A DNA stretch of 58,995 bases from an uncultured Methanosarcinales archaeon. GTDB taxonomy: Archaea; Nanobdellota; Nanobdellia; Woesearchaeales; GW2011-AR4. Position numbers and translations under genes: made by a program. The stretch spans positions 1-58,995 of the forward strand of contig CAYTDO010000009.1 of assembly GCA_964436645.1 (NCBI GenBank), in the 5' to 3' direction. Shown piece after piece: positions 38,234-48,042 of this stretch (position 1 is the first letter of the stretch; each line of letters begins with the position of its first letter). Below the pieces are notes generated by a model that worked only from the letters and a program-made list of their open reading frames with translations, ran no database searches and was not told the DNA's origin.

Positions 38234-38620
38234 CTATAACGCCCCTGCCGCTGCTTCAGCATTAGAGTTTTTGCTTCCCAGCCCTATTAGTATTATGCCT
38301 GCTACAATCGTAAAAACCCCGAGCCACTTATACAGGTTCATTATTTCATTCAAAAAATAAATTGACAGGAAGCTGACCCAAATATAGCTAGTCGCTATTA
38401 TCGGATAAAGTACAGAAACCTCTCCGCCCCTGAAGCTCAGTATCAAAAGAATGCCTCCAACAGCATATAATATCATTCCCATAAATAGCTCATAGTTTGT
38501 CAATATGCTGATGATGTTAAATTCAAGCTTTTCCGCGCCGAATTTGTAGAATATCTGCGCAGTCGAAGTAAGTAGAGTGCAGAACAATACAACACTCATT
38601 GCCCATAGTTTAGTAGCCAT
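38234..38620 (-). CDS. small 4-TM EamA/SMR-like transporter subunit
   Basis: 128 aa with four TM helices. Shared motif with its neighbour: GGEVSVLYPIIATSYIWVSFLSIYFLNE versus GGDLSILYPFVALTYVWVSLLSVKFLGE. Confidence 0.5.
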   Translation of the reverse strand: MATKLWAMSVVLFCTLLTSTAQIFYKFGAEKLEFNIISILTNYELFMGMILYAVGGILLILSFRGGEVSVLYPIIATSYIWVSFLSIYFLNEIMNLYKWLGVFTIVAGIILIGLGSKNSNAEAAAGAL

Positions 38621-38835
38621 TTTTTATTTATTTAATATTTCGGTATTTGATTATTATTTATCTTATGTTTTTCTTTTATTATCTTGTTGTTTTTATTATC
38701 TGATTTAATGATTATAATTGTTTGGTTATTGGTTTTATTTTTATTGTTTTATTAGTTAATGATGCCTAACAATAATGAAGTGAATTTTTAATTGAATTGC
38801 TTCAGCTTCGATTTCAAATTATATGCTCTAGCGTT

Positions 38836-40410
38836 TTACTCCCTCAGCAAAATCTCAATTACCCTGGCAAAAACCGGCCTTGTGATAAATACCCCGATTG
38901 AAGCGCCTATTATCGTAGTTATAGCGAATCCTTTCAATAAGCCAGCCCCCGCAAAAACAAGCGGCAGCATTGCTACTACAATAGTAGAGTAAGCTGCCAT
39001 TATTATGAAAAATGCATTTTTTATTCTTTGCTTCCAGTCATACATAACTTTTTGCCCGCCTCTTAGAGTTTCATCAGTAATTACTGTATTGTCATTTACG
39101 CCCGTTCCAATTGCTATTATTATTCCAGCTACTGCAGCTAGGTCAATATTCCATCCTATCAATGCAGCAATTCCAAGCAGCAGCACGATTTCAAATATAG
39201 AGCTTAAGATCATCGGAATAGCGATAACCAGTTTCTTATACTTCGCAAAAATGACCGATACAACAGAAACCAGTGCAAGAACTCCTAACAAAATAGCATT
39301 CTTCAAAAATTCATGTCCAAGCAGCGGGCTGATTGTATCTATCTTTACTATGTTCATTTTGACCGGCAATGAGCCAGTTATCAAAACAGTCTGAAGCCTT
39401 TTCATATTTAATAAAGAATTTATTACACCCTGCTGCTGTGTTGGCCCTGCTCCGCTTCCTGAAATTTGTATGTCTGTTGTAGTGCTTCCTTTTAGTTCAG
39501 CTCCAATATTTAGCTCATCTACTTTTACATCATCAAGATATAGTATTAATGGCTCCGATAAGTAGGATTCTGAACTCTTTTCGTCTCCTATGACCTGCAG
39601 CTGGCTTGTTAAGTTAGCCTGCCTTTGCGCAGCTTCCGGTGTTATTGAAATAGAAAACCTGAATCTGCATACATTCTGGCCTGCATTATTGGAGCATCCA
39701 GCGCTTGGGTTTATTCCGGCGCAATTTGCGCTCCTGCAGACAAAAACAATATCTTTGCCGCCAACAAATACTGTCTTATTGGCTATCTTCGCCTCAAATT
39801 TTCCCTGCTGCTCAAGAAGATTTTTTATGTCCTCTTCATTTGCCCCGGCTATCTCAACTAGGATATACTGGTTGCCCGTAAGATCGGAGGATTCCCTTAT
39901 CACTAAATCGCTAAGCCCATAAATATTGAGCCTCTCCTGCATTGTGTCCATCAAAGATTGCAAATCTTCCTGCTGCAATTTTGTCTCAGGCTGCAAAAGG
40001 ACTCTTGTCCCTCCTTGTAGATCAAGGCCTTTTCTGATATTATTTTTTTGAGCATTTGAAATCCTAAGCCCTAACCCTTCTTCTTTTGCCTTTAATCTAT
40101 ATAGCCCCTTTGTAGTTTTTAGCTGTGCAGATTGGTTTGGCTGGATTGCATTTACATAATCATAATACTCTTTAACACTATTTATTGGCCTATTGTCAAT
40201 CTCCAAAATTCTTTCCCTGTTGACCGGCTTGACAGAAGGCCCAGGCTGCTGCATCCCCGCCTCCATTGCAGAGCTATTTGCCAGGACATTATTTATTGTA
40301 ACTCCTTTTACCCAAGGCTTTGGGTTTATTGCAAATATTGCAAGAGCTAAAAATACAAGCAGAATTATTACCCGGGTATTTGTAATGACCTTCTTAAGTT
40401 TATAATTCAT
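38836..40410 (-). CDS. secD: protein-export membrane protein SecD (archaeal)
   Basis: 524 aa with an N-terminal TM helix, a large extracytoplasmic domain and six C-terminal TM helices. It overlaps secF by 4 nt. Confidence 0.8.
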   Translation of the reverse strand: MNYKLKKVITNTRVIILLVFLALAIFAINPKPWVKGVTINNVLANSSAMEAGMQQPGPSVKPVNRERILEIDNRPINSVKEYYDYVNAIQPNQSAQLKTTKGLYRLKAKEEGLGLRISNAQKNNIRKGLDLQGGTRVLLQPETKLQQEDLQSLMDTMQERLNIYGLSDLVIRESSDLTGNQYILVEIAGANEEDIKNLLEQQGKFEAKIANKTVFVGGKDIVFVCRSANCAGINPSAGCSNNAGQNVCRFRFSISITPEAAQRQANLTSQLQVIGDEKSSESYLSEPLILYLDDVKVDELNIGAELKGSTTTDIQISGSGAGPTQQQGVINSLLNMKRLQTVLITGSLPVKMNIVKIDTISPLLGHEFLKNAILLGVLALVSVVSVIFAKYKKLVIAIPMILSSIFEIVLLLGIAALIGWNIDLAAVAGIIIAIGTGVNDNTVITDETLRGGQKVMYDWKQRIKNAFFIIMAAYSTIVVAMLPLVFAGAGLLKGFAITTIIGASIGVFITRPVFARVIEILLRE

Positions 40411-41390
40411 TGTCTTGCCTTCCTGGCTTTTCTTTCAAGGTAAATCCTTAATATTCCTACATTCTGTATCCATGTATTTATCATGTCAACAATCAAGCCA
40501 ACAAAAAGTATTATCATTATCTGCTTTATTACATCTGACTGGGTAAATATTAATGCCACTGCTACCGCAACTAAAGTGGTCAGTATCATTGTGAATCCAG
40601 TATCTATCGCGCCATAAATCCTTTCCATCTCTGTCCCTTCTTTTCTTTTTAGAAGCCTGGTGGAAAGCAATATGTCCGTATCAACAGAATATCCTATTAG
40701 CATTAGGAAAGCTGCTATCCCGGCGCCGCTTATCTTTAATCCCATTGCATTTACTATCGCTAATGTCACAACAATGTCTGAAAATGCCGCGATTATTACT
40801 GCCATTGAAGGCACAAAAGTCCGAAAATACAAAAATACAACTATGCTCATGAAAACAAATGCAATCGCAAGCGCTCCCAAAGTTTCCCTGAAAAAGGATT
40901 CTCCCAAAGAAGAGCCGACAATTTCAACCGAGTAATCTTTTTTTTCTAATTTTGAATTAATTCTGCTCTCAATCGAGCTTATTAGCCTTTCAACATCATC
41001 TTCACCCACATCTGCTTCCACTATAATCCCAATTTGCCTCCCGAACTTGCTTATGGACTTTGTGGCAATATCATTATTTGGAAAATCGGCAATCAGGTCT
41101 TCCTTGATTTTTGATACATCTATCTGCTGTTCTGTAGGTAGGGTAACTATGACTCCGCCTTTTAGGCTAACATCCCTGTTTATGAAGTCCCCGGTTTTAG
41201 CCACTTGGAGACTTATCATTATCAGTGCTATGAGAAGAAGGGCAAATGGAATTATCAGCAGTTTTTTGTACTGGGTTTCATAGAAATTTTTAATGCGAGC
41301 AACAAACCCAATTTTAAGCCTATTATTTTTCTCAGGAATTATTGGATTCCCTGCTGCCTTTTGGCTTTCTATTTTAATATCTCCATCCAT
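40407..41390 (-). CDS. secF: protein-export membrane protein SecF (archaeal)
   Basis: 327 aa with a TM helix, a periplasmic domain and six TM helices, including GYSVDTDILL. Confidence 0.8.
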   Translation of the reverse strand: MDGDIKIESQKAAGNPIIPEKNNRLKIGFVARIKNFYETQYKKLLIIPFALLLIALIMISLQVAKTGDFINRDVSLKGGVIVTLPTEQQIDVSKIKEDLIADFPNNDIATKSISKFGRQIGIIVEADVGEDDVERLISSIESRINSKLEKKDYSVEIVGSSLGESFFRETLGALAIAFVFMSIVVFLYFRTFVPSMAVIIAAFSDIVVTLAIVNAMGLKISGAGIAAFLMLIGYSVDTDILLSTRLLKRKEGTEMERIYGAIDTGFTMILTTLVAVAVALIFTQSDVIKQIMIILFVGLIVDMINTWIQNVGILRIYLERKARKARQ

Positions 41391-41517
41391 GATAGAGTTA
41401 GAAGAACGATGGTATTTTTATAAACGTTTTGGTTATTGGTTCTCAATATTTTGAGTCTTTATTCATAAGCTTTAAAGGGTTAATTTTAAAACGCATACGA
41501 GCTTACCTGCTCTCAAA

Positions 41518-42507
41518 ATGCCAAATCAAGCAACAATACGAACATATGCAACATCTGCTAATTTGGGCCCTCTTTTTGACAGGGCTGGAGCTAAGCTTGA
41601 TGGATTATATGCAACAAATTCTGCAAAATTGAGAACAATTCCAGGCATTACTATATTGAAAAGTGATGGAAGCTATCCTGCTCCAACAGATGGCACAAAT
41701 CTAGCTCATAAAGTTGCAGGAAGGATATTTCATGACTATAAAATTAAAGATGGACTGGCTTTATTCATAACAAATGACCTGAAGCCTGGAGGCCTGGGAA
41801 CATCAGCCACTGGAGCTGTTGCTGTTGTAGAGCTTCTTAATTATTTGCATGGCCTGGGCATGACGATAGAGCAAAAATTAGATTATGCCTTGGAAGGAGA
41901 GCCGGGAAGGCATCCTGATAATGTTGCCCCATGTATGATTGGGGGGGTTGTACTGGCTGCGAAAGTGAAAGATGGCATAGTGGAACGTTTAGTATATTCA
42001 AAATTAACTCCTTCTCCAAATTTGGCTTATGGGGTTGTTATACCTTTCAATATTATGAAAATAGGTGGAACTGCAGAGGCAAGAAAAAAAGTCGATGCAT
42101 TAAGCTTTGACAATTGGGAATTGGCTTATGCCTCTGGATTGGCAGAGTTGATGATTGCAGGAATGATGGGAGGCGATGTTCTTAAAATTAGAGATGCTGT
42201 AAAATCTTATTCAGAATGGAAAAAATCAGTCACATTTGTAAGAAATCAGCCAACAGCAGAAAACCCTGATGGGGTGTATGGTATAGACGTTAACCGGCTA
42301 AATCATGGACTTGAAGCTGTAGTTGGCAAGGAAGCTATTTTAACACCAAGCGGCGCAGGGCCCGCAATGCTGATAATTGCAAGCGATCCAGAAATAGCTA
42401 AAAGGTCAATCTCAGAAGTCGTAAGAATGTATGCAGATAAAGGACACGAAGCAAATGGATTTGTAGCCTCAATTAGAAATACAAAATCCATGGACGATTT
42501 TATATAA
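41518..42507 (+). CDS. GHMP kinase, homoserine kinase-like
   Basis: 329 aa with YATSANLGPLFD (compare ThrB PATSANLGPGFD) and GHMP motif GGLGTSATGAVA. Confidence 0.55.
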   Translation: MPNQATIRTYATSANLGPLFDRAGAKLDGLYATNSAKLRTIPGITILKSDGSYPAPTDGTNLAHKVAGRIFHDYKIKDGLALFITNDLKPGGLGTSATGAVAVVELLNYLHGLGMTIEQKLDYALEGEPGRHPDNVAPCMIGGVVLAAKVKDGIVERLVYSKLTPSPNLAYGVVIPFNIMKIGGTAEARKKVDALSFDNWELAYASGLAELMIAGMMGGDVLKIRDAVKSYSEWKKSVTFVRNQPTAENPDGVYGIDVNRLNHGLEAVVGKEAILTPSGAGPAMLIIASDPEIAKRSISEVVRMYADKGHEANGFVASIRNTKSMDDFI

Positions 42508-42511
42508 CTTC

Positions 42512-42552
42512 TATTTCATGCAAGCCTTAACAAATCCATAAAACAATGGGCT
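42512..42552. repeat. 41 bp direct repeat, copy 1 (orphaned duplicate of the pyrG 3' end)
   Basis: Identical to 43618-43658. On the minus strand it encodes ...SPLFYGFVKACMK followed by TAG, with no upstream ORF. Confidence 0.9.
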
Positions 42553-42751
42553 TGAAGTGCCTAAGCAGGATTTAAATAATCCATCTGCTAAACCAAGACT
42601 TTATTGCTGAAACTATAGTTTTGGACTCCTCTATTTTTTGTTCTTGTTTTTGCGGCTCAGGCTGATTTCTTTTAGCTTTTCATTTGTTGGGCACTGGACA
42701 TTCACGCGTAAAGTATTTAAGCAGCAGTAAATTAGAAAAATTTAGGTTAAA

Positions 42752-43597
42752 ATGGCAGATGAAGAAAAAGCATTAGTTGTTTTTCAAGGCAAAAAAATCA
42801 GGCGAACTTGGTTTAATGATGAATGGTGGTTTTCAGTAGTTGATATAGTTGGAGCATTGACAGAAAGCGGACGGGCAAGAAAGTACTGGTCTGACTTGAA
42901 AGCTAGACTTACAGGGGAAGGTTTTGAGTTGTCCGCAAAAATCGGACAACTGAAATTGGTTTCTGCTGATGGCAAATCATATCAAACTGACTGCGTCAAT
43001 ACAAAGAACGCATTTAGGATAATTCAGTCTATTCCTTCAAAAAAGGCAGAACCATTTAAGCAATGGCTCGCACAGGTAGGTTATGAAAGAGTGCAGGAAA
43101 TAGAGAATCCTGAACTTGCCCAGAAGCGTATGAAGGAGATTTACAAAGCCAAAGGATACTCTGATGATTGGATTGAAAAAAGAGTCAGAGGCATTGCTAT
43201 AAGAGATGAACTTACCGATGAATGGAAGAAAAGAGGAGTGCTGGAAGAAAGAGATTACACAATCCTTACAGCAGAAATCTCCAAAGCTGCATTTGGCATG
43301 ACTCCAAGCGAATACAAGAAATTTAAGGGGTTGAAAAAAGAAAACTTGCGAGACCATATGAACGATTTGGAACTTATCTTCAATATGCTTGGAGAAAGGG
43401 TATCTACTGAAATAACAAGAAAAGAAGATGCACAAGGATACGAAGAAGTTGAAGGCGCTGCCAAAAGGGGCGGAAGAGTTGCTGGTAATGCAAGAAAAGA
43501 TACAGAAAAAGAATTAGGTCGTCCAATCACATCAAAGGAAAACTATCTTTCTGAACCTGAAAAGAAAAAAAAGCTTGAGGATAAAATCAAGAAATAA
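42752..43597 (+). CDS. Bro-N domain / DinD-like (DNA-damage-inducible protein D family) protein
   Basis: 281 aa. N-terminal IRRTWFNDEWWFSVVDIVGALTES is Bro-N-like. The C-terminal half (KGLKKENLRDHMNDLELIFNMLGE...GRVAGNARKDTEKELGRP) resembles E. coli DinD as recalled from memory. Confidence 0.7.
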   Translation: MADEEKALVVFQGKKIRRTWFNDEWWFSVVDIVGALTESGRARKYWSDLKARLTGEGFELSAKIGQLKLVSADGKSYQTDCVNTKNAFRIIQSIPSKKAEPFKQWLAQVGYERVQEIENPELAQKRMKEIYKAKGYSDDWIEKRVRGIAIRDELTDEWKKRGVLEERDYTILTAEISKAAFGMTPSEYKKFKGLKKENLRDHMNDLELIFNMLGERVSTEITRKEDAQGYEEVEGAAKRGGRVAGNARKDTEKELGRPITSKENYLSEPEKKKKLEDKIKK

Positions 43598-43616
43598 TGG
43601 AGCTCTCGCAATTGGA

Positions 43617-45344
43617 TTATTTCATGCAAGCCTTAACAAATCCATAAAACAATGGGCTCGGGCTCCCCAATCTTGACTTAAATTCAGGATGGCTTTGCGT
43701 CCCAATAAAGAAATCATTCTTTGGCAGCTCAATATACTCCATTAATTTTGTCCCATCTTCCCTTAAATGATGCCCGGAAAAGCTCAATCCCATATTCCCA
43801 AGCTCATTAATAAAGTTTGGATTGACTTCATATCTATGCCTGTGCCTTTCTAACACAACTTTCTTGCCTTTTTCCAGAACTCCTAACCTAAATTCCTGGC
43901 TTTTATCTTTAATCAATTCCCGCATTCTTTTTTCATCTTCCTTTATTCTGCCGGTCTCTTCATATAATTTCAAAACCTGGCTTTTATCCTTTAAAACAGC
44001 AGCATAAGCTCCCAATCTCATTGTCCCGCCATATTTTTTTTTCTCCATTACCTCTTTTTGAGAAGCCAGGATATCAATGACCGGATATTCAGTCTTTGCG
44101 TCAACCTCTGTTGTATTGGCATTTTTCATCCCGCAGGCATTCCTTGCATACTCAACGATAGCAAGCTGCATCCCATAGCATAATCCGAGGTAAGGCTTGT
44201 TTTTTTCCCTCGCAAATTTTACTGCTTTTATCTTTCCTTCAACGCCGGAGCTTCCAAATCCTCCCGGAACAATAATCCCGTCAAAATTTTTTAAGTCATT
44301 TACTTTGCTTTCATCATCCTCAAATGTCTTTGCGTCAACCCAGCTGATATCAACCCCGACATTCAAAGCAGCCCCGGCATGAATCAATGCCTGGTTAATG
44401 CTCAGGTAGCTGTCAGCCAAGCTATAATCTCCGATGTCAATATACTTGCCGACAATTGCAATCTTGATGCGGCTTTTTGGGTTTTGAATCCTCCCAACCA
44501 GTTTTTTCCACTCTGATAACTCGAGGGATTTCTTTGGCTTTAATTTAAGCTCATTTAATATTTTGATGCCAAGCTGCTCTCTTTCCAAATCCAGGGGAAT
44601 AGAATAAACTGTATCTATATCTGGCTCAGAAATCACGTTCTCAGAAGATATATTTGCATACAGCTCTATTTTTTTCTTTCTTATATTATCGAGTGCTCTT
44701 TTTGCCCTGCAGATAATAAAATCCGGAAATATTCCCGTTTCTCCCAAGAGCCTTATTGCCTGTTGTGTAGGTTTAGTCTTCATCTCCTCAATATGGGAAG
44801 GTATCGGTAAATATGTGATCAGAACATAAGCGACATTCTCCTTGCCAAGCTCTCTTTCAAGGCTTTTCATCGCAAACAGGAAAGGGACATTTTCATGGTC
44901 TCCAATAGTGCCGCCAATTTCTACAACTGCAATATCATAACCCTTGCTGGCTTCCTTTACTCTCCTTTTGATTTCATCCGGAACATGCGGTATGAATTGA
45001 ACAGTTTCTCCAAGGTATTTTCCGCTTCTTTCCTTGTCAATTATTGTCTTGTATATCTGCCCAGTTGTAAGATTATTTTTTTTCGGAATGTCTGCATCAA
45101 GAAATCTTTCATAGGTTCCTAAATCCTGGTCTATCTCTCCGCCATCATCAGTTACCCAGACTTCTCCATGCTCTGTAGGCCTCAAAGTGCCCGCATCATA
45201 GTTTATATAAGGATCAATCTTTATGGCAGTTACTTTATAGCCATGCTCTCCCAATATTCTCGCAATAGAAGCAGTTGTAACACCTTTTCCGACTCCAGAC
45301 ATAACTCCGCCAGCCACAACTACGAATTTAGTCATCGATACCAC
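43617..45344 (-). CDS. pyrG: CTP synthase
   Basis: 575 aa with GGVMSGVGKG, and the amidotransferase motifs GLCYGMQ and HPEF. Confidence 0.9.
   Translation of the reverse strand: MVSMTKFVVVAGGVMSGVGKGVTTASIARILGEHGYKVTAIKIDPYINYDAGTLRPTEHGEVWVTDDGGEIDQDLGTYERFLDADIPKKNNLTTGQIYKTIIDKERSGKYLGETVQFIPHVPDEIKRRVKEASKGYDIAVVEIGGTIGDHENVPFLFAMKSLERELGKENVAYVLITYLPIPSHIEEMKTKPTQQAIRLLGETGIFPDFIICRAKRALDNIRKKKIELYANISSENVISEPDIDTVYSIPLDLEREQLGIKILNELKLKPKKSLELSEWKKLVGRIQNPKSRIKIAIVGKYIDIGDYSLADSYLSINQALIHAGAALNVGVDISWVDAKTFEDDESKVNDLKNFDGIIVPGGFGSSGVEGKIKAVKFAREKNKPYLGLCYGMQLAIVEYARNACGMKNANTTEVDAKTEYPVIDILASQKEVMEKKKYGGTMRLGAYAAVLKDKSQVLKLYEETGRIKEDEKRMRELIKDKSQEFRLGVLEKGKKVVLERHRHRYEVNPNFINELGNMGLSFSGHHLREDGTKLMEYIELPKNDFFIGTQSHPEFKSRLGSPSPLFYGFVKACMK
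43618..43658. repeat. 41 bp direct repeat, copy 2 (functional 3' end of pyrG)
   Basis: Identical to 42512-42552. It forms the last 13 codons of pyrG. Confidence 0.9.
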
Positions 45345-45496
45345 CTTCTCGGCAAAGCAGAATTAAGGAATAGATTTTTTCTTTGTCGCATCATATGGAA
45401 ATGAAGCAATTACTATAAATATTTTGCGATTTTGATTATTGTTTTCAATATAGAAATTATATTTTACCCAATCAGATTTTGTTTATCATTTTTATC

Positions 45497-46573
45497 CTAA
45501 TCATTGCATTGTCCTATGGATTCTGCAATTGTTTTTTGATTATTGACCAATACAACATTGCCGTCTTCATAAAACCCCTTATTCAAAAAACCAAATCCAA
45601 TAATTTTATTCAACTTAGGGGAAAAAGCCGCGCTTGTAACGAAGCCAACATGTTTTTCATCTACAAATATTTTTTCATTTTTTTCCGGATTTTCTTTCCC
45701 ACCAATTTCTAAAAATTTGAGTTTTTTCGCTGTAATGCCTTTAGCCAGATTCTTAACACGAGCAACAATCTCCTGCCCCAGATAGCATCCTTTTGTATAG
45801 CTGACAGCCCTCTCCGTTATTTCCGGCAGAATATTCTTGTCATCGAAATCAATCCCAAATAAAGGTATTTTTGCCTCAAGCCTTAAGATATTGTATGTTT
45901 CATTACTAATATTTTTAATGCCATGCCTTTTTCCGTTTTCAAGCAATAGCTCTCTAACAATTTTATAATATAAAGCAGGAACAAAGATATCATAGCCGTC
46001 ATAGTTTGTCCTCTTATTTTTGGAGATTATTATTTCGAACTCTGGGTCATTTGAGTCGGTTTTATTGTTTATTTTATTCTTGTTTTTATCATTATTTTTG
46101 TCAATGCCAGTTTTATCTATTGAAATATTTTTTATTATGCAGTCGTATTGTTTTTTTAAGTTCAATGGCTCCTTGATTATTGCACTAATAAACTCCGACG
46201 ATTTTGGCCCCTGCAATGAAAACAAGCCATATTTCAATGTAACGTCGTCAACCTCAGATTTTCCCAGAGCAGCCTCTTCCTTTAATTTTTTAATTATATT
46301 ATTTTTCCCAATGATGCTGGAATTAATCAATAAAAAATCATCAAACTTGTAGACAACGCAATCAGAAAGTATTTTCCCGGCTTTATTCAAGAAAGCTGCA
46401 TAAACGCCCTCATCATCTTTCAAACCCCTAGCATCATTCGAAACAAGCCCGTTTATGAAATCAACCCTTCCTTTCCCAGAAATCTTTATTTTTCCTTCTA
46501 TTGAAAAGTCAAAAAATCCTAAGTTATTTTTTACCGCATTATATTGTTCAATTATTGTAGTCTCAGTTTCCAT
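45497..46573 (-). CDS. folate-binding YgfZ/GcvT (aminomethyltransferase) family protein
   Basis: 358 aa with an N-terminal GcvT-like fold (GFFDFSIEGKIKISGKGRVDFINGLVSND). It contains a low-complexity insert NNDKNKNKINNKTDSNDPEF. Confidence 0.65.
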   Translation of the reverse strand: METETTIIEQYNAVKNNLGFFDFSIEGKIKISGKGRVDFINGLVSNDARGLKDDEGVYAAFLNKAGKILSDCVVYKFDDFLLINSSIIGKNNIIKKLKEEAALGKSEVDDVTLKYGLFSLQGPKSSEFISAIIKEPLNLKKQYDCIIKNISIDKTGIDKNNDKNKNKINNKTDSNDPEFEIIISKNKRTNYDGYDIFVPALYYKIVRELLLENGKRHGIKNISNETYNILRLEAKIPLFGIDFDDKNILPEITERAVSYTKGCYLGQEIVARVKNLAKGITAKKLKFLEIGGKENPEKNEKIFVDEKHVGFVTSAAFSPKLNKIIGFGFLNKGFYEDGNVVLVNNQKTIAESIGQCND

Positions 46574-46621
46574 TTTATGCAGTATAATGCTATAGAATAA
46601 AAGATTATTGAAAAATGCTCA

Positions 46622-47194
46622 CTATAAAAACATCTTCACCAATCCCAAAAACACTTTATTGCCGTCAAACCCGGGAATTGGCAGCATATTGAATATGAAC
46701 AGGAACATGTTTATCCTGCTTGTCAAAAGCAATAAAGTATCATTCTTTTTAGCAAACAGCTTCATCTTAAGCGAAAGAGCCGCGAAAAGCCATAAGGCAA
46801 GATTTACTCCCGGCCCTGCAAACGCTATCAAGCTCCCTTCCAAAGGAGTAGCATTCCCTACAATGGAGACATAGGCAGGCACAAAAAAGATGAATCCAAA
46901 ATTCATCATCTTCATTATCAAAGCTAATCCAAGAAAAAACCAGGCAGCCTGGAATTGCGCCTCCAATCCATAGCTTAAAGCAACAAACTTGTGCCCAAGC
47001 TCATGAAAAATTATGGCAGGGGCAGCAACCATTATAGCAAATTTAAAGTTTTCAATATCAAATCCAGATTTAAAATGAGTCAAGGGATCATAATCTTCCC
47101 GAACCGGCTTCTTGAAAACATCCGAGAATATGTAGCCCACTACCACAGTCATGACTATCATGTCAAATATCTCTGAAAATGTGAATAAAGGCAT
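46622..47194 (-). CDS. M50 (site-2 protease-like) membrane metalloprotease
   Basis: 190 aa with HELGHKF (HExxH) and NMLPIPGFDG within TM segments. Confidence 0.7.
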   Translation of the reverse strand: MPLFTFSEIFDMIVMTVVVGYIFSDVFKKPVREDYDPLTHFKSGFDIENFKFAIMVAAPAIIFHELGHKFVALSYGLEAQFQAAWFFLGLALIMKMMNFGFIFFVPAYVSIVGNATPLEGSLIAFAGPGVNLALWLFAALSLKMKLFAKKNDTLLLLTSRINMFLFIFNMLPIPGFDGNKVFLGLVKMFL

Positions 47195-47239
47195 GATAAT
47201 AATTTATTTTTGCAGCTTTATATATTTATTGATGATAAT

Positions 47240-47449
47240 GGCTTCCATGAAAATGCAGGTTAGCAGCCTTGAGGTCGAGCCCCTTGCTAAGCGCATCTAA
47301 AAAGGCCAAGGGGCCGCTCCGTGAGATGCGACGAGCGGCTTTTTAGCTCGTCGCCCGCAATTCACCGGAACCTGGCCGATGCTTTCAGCCCAGATGCAAT
47401 GGGCTCGAAGCTGCTAACCCGCAGCGCAGCGGAGATTTTCATGGAAGCC
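47240..47449 (+). mobile_element. MITE family A, reference copy
   Basis: 210 bp with perfect 15 bp TIR GGCTTCCATGAAAAT/ATTTTCATGGAAGCC. It is flanked by a perfect 9 bp direct repeat GATGATAAT (47231-47239 and 47450-47458). The body is a long imperfect foldback with a central hairpin GCGACGAGC-GGCTTTTTA-GCTCGTCGC. Confidence 0.9.
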
Positions 47450-47606
47450 GATGATAATATGGTTATTTTTTGATTTGTATTTTTTTATGATTATTATTTA
47501 TTTTTTTAATGGAATTTTTTATTGTTTTGGTCTTAATTATTGAGTTTTTGATTATTGGTTTTATTAACTGTTTGCAAAATAAAAAAGAATATTAATCAAA
47601 AACTTT

Positions 47607-47999
47607 CTATTTTTTCTCATCAAACTTCAAGGCAGCAGAATTGATGCAATATCTTTTCCCTGTCGGCCTAGGCCCATCATCAAAAAGATGCCCCAAATGC
47701 CCTCCGCACTTGCTGCACAATACTTCTGTCCTTTTCATAAAAAGGCCTTTATCCTCCTGCAGCTCGATATTCTTCTTTTCTGCAGCATCATAAAAGCTCG
47801 GCCACCCTGTTCCCGACTCAAACTTGGTGCCAGAAGAGAATAATTTAGCCCCGCATCCAGCGCAATTATACGTTCCCGATTTCTTGTTGTTCCAATACTT
47901 GCCCGTAAATGGAAGCTCAGTGCCTCTCTTCCTTAATACATTGAATTCCTCAGGGCTTAAGCAGGTGTTCCATTCTTTCTCGGATTTTTTGATTGCCAT
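47607..47999 (-). CDS. msrB: peptide-methionine (R)-S-oxide reductase
   Basis: 130 aa with two CxxC pairs (CAGC, CSKC), GTGWPSF and the RYCINS catalytic Cys. Confidence 0.9.
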   Translation of the reverse strand: MAIKKSEKEWNTCLSPEEFNVLRKRGTELPFTGKYWNNKKSGTYNCAGCGAKLFSSGTKFESGTGWPSFYDAAEKKNIELQEDKGLFMKRTEVLCSKCGGHLGHLFDDGPRPTGKRYCINSAALKFDEKK

Positions 48000-48042
48000 A
48001 GATATAATTTGGAATCCAATATATTAAAACTTTGCTATAAAA

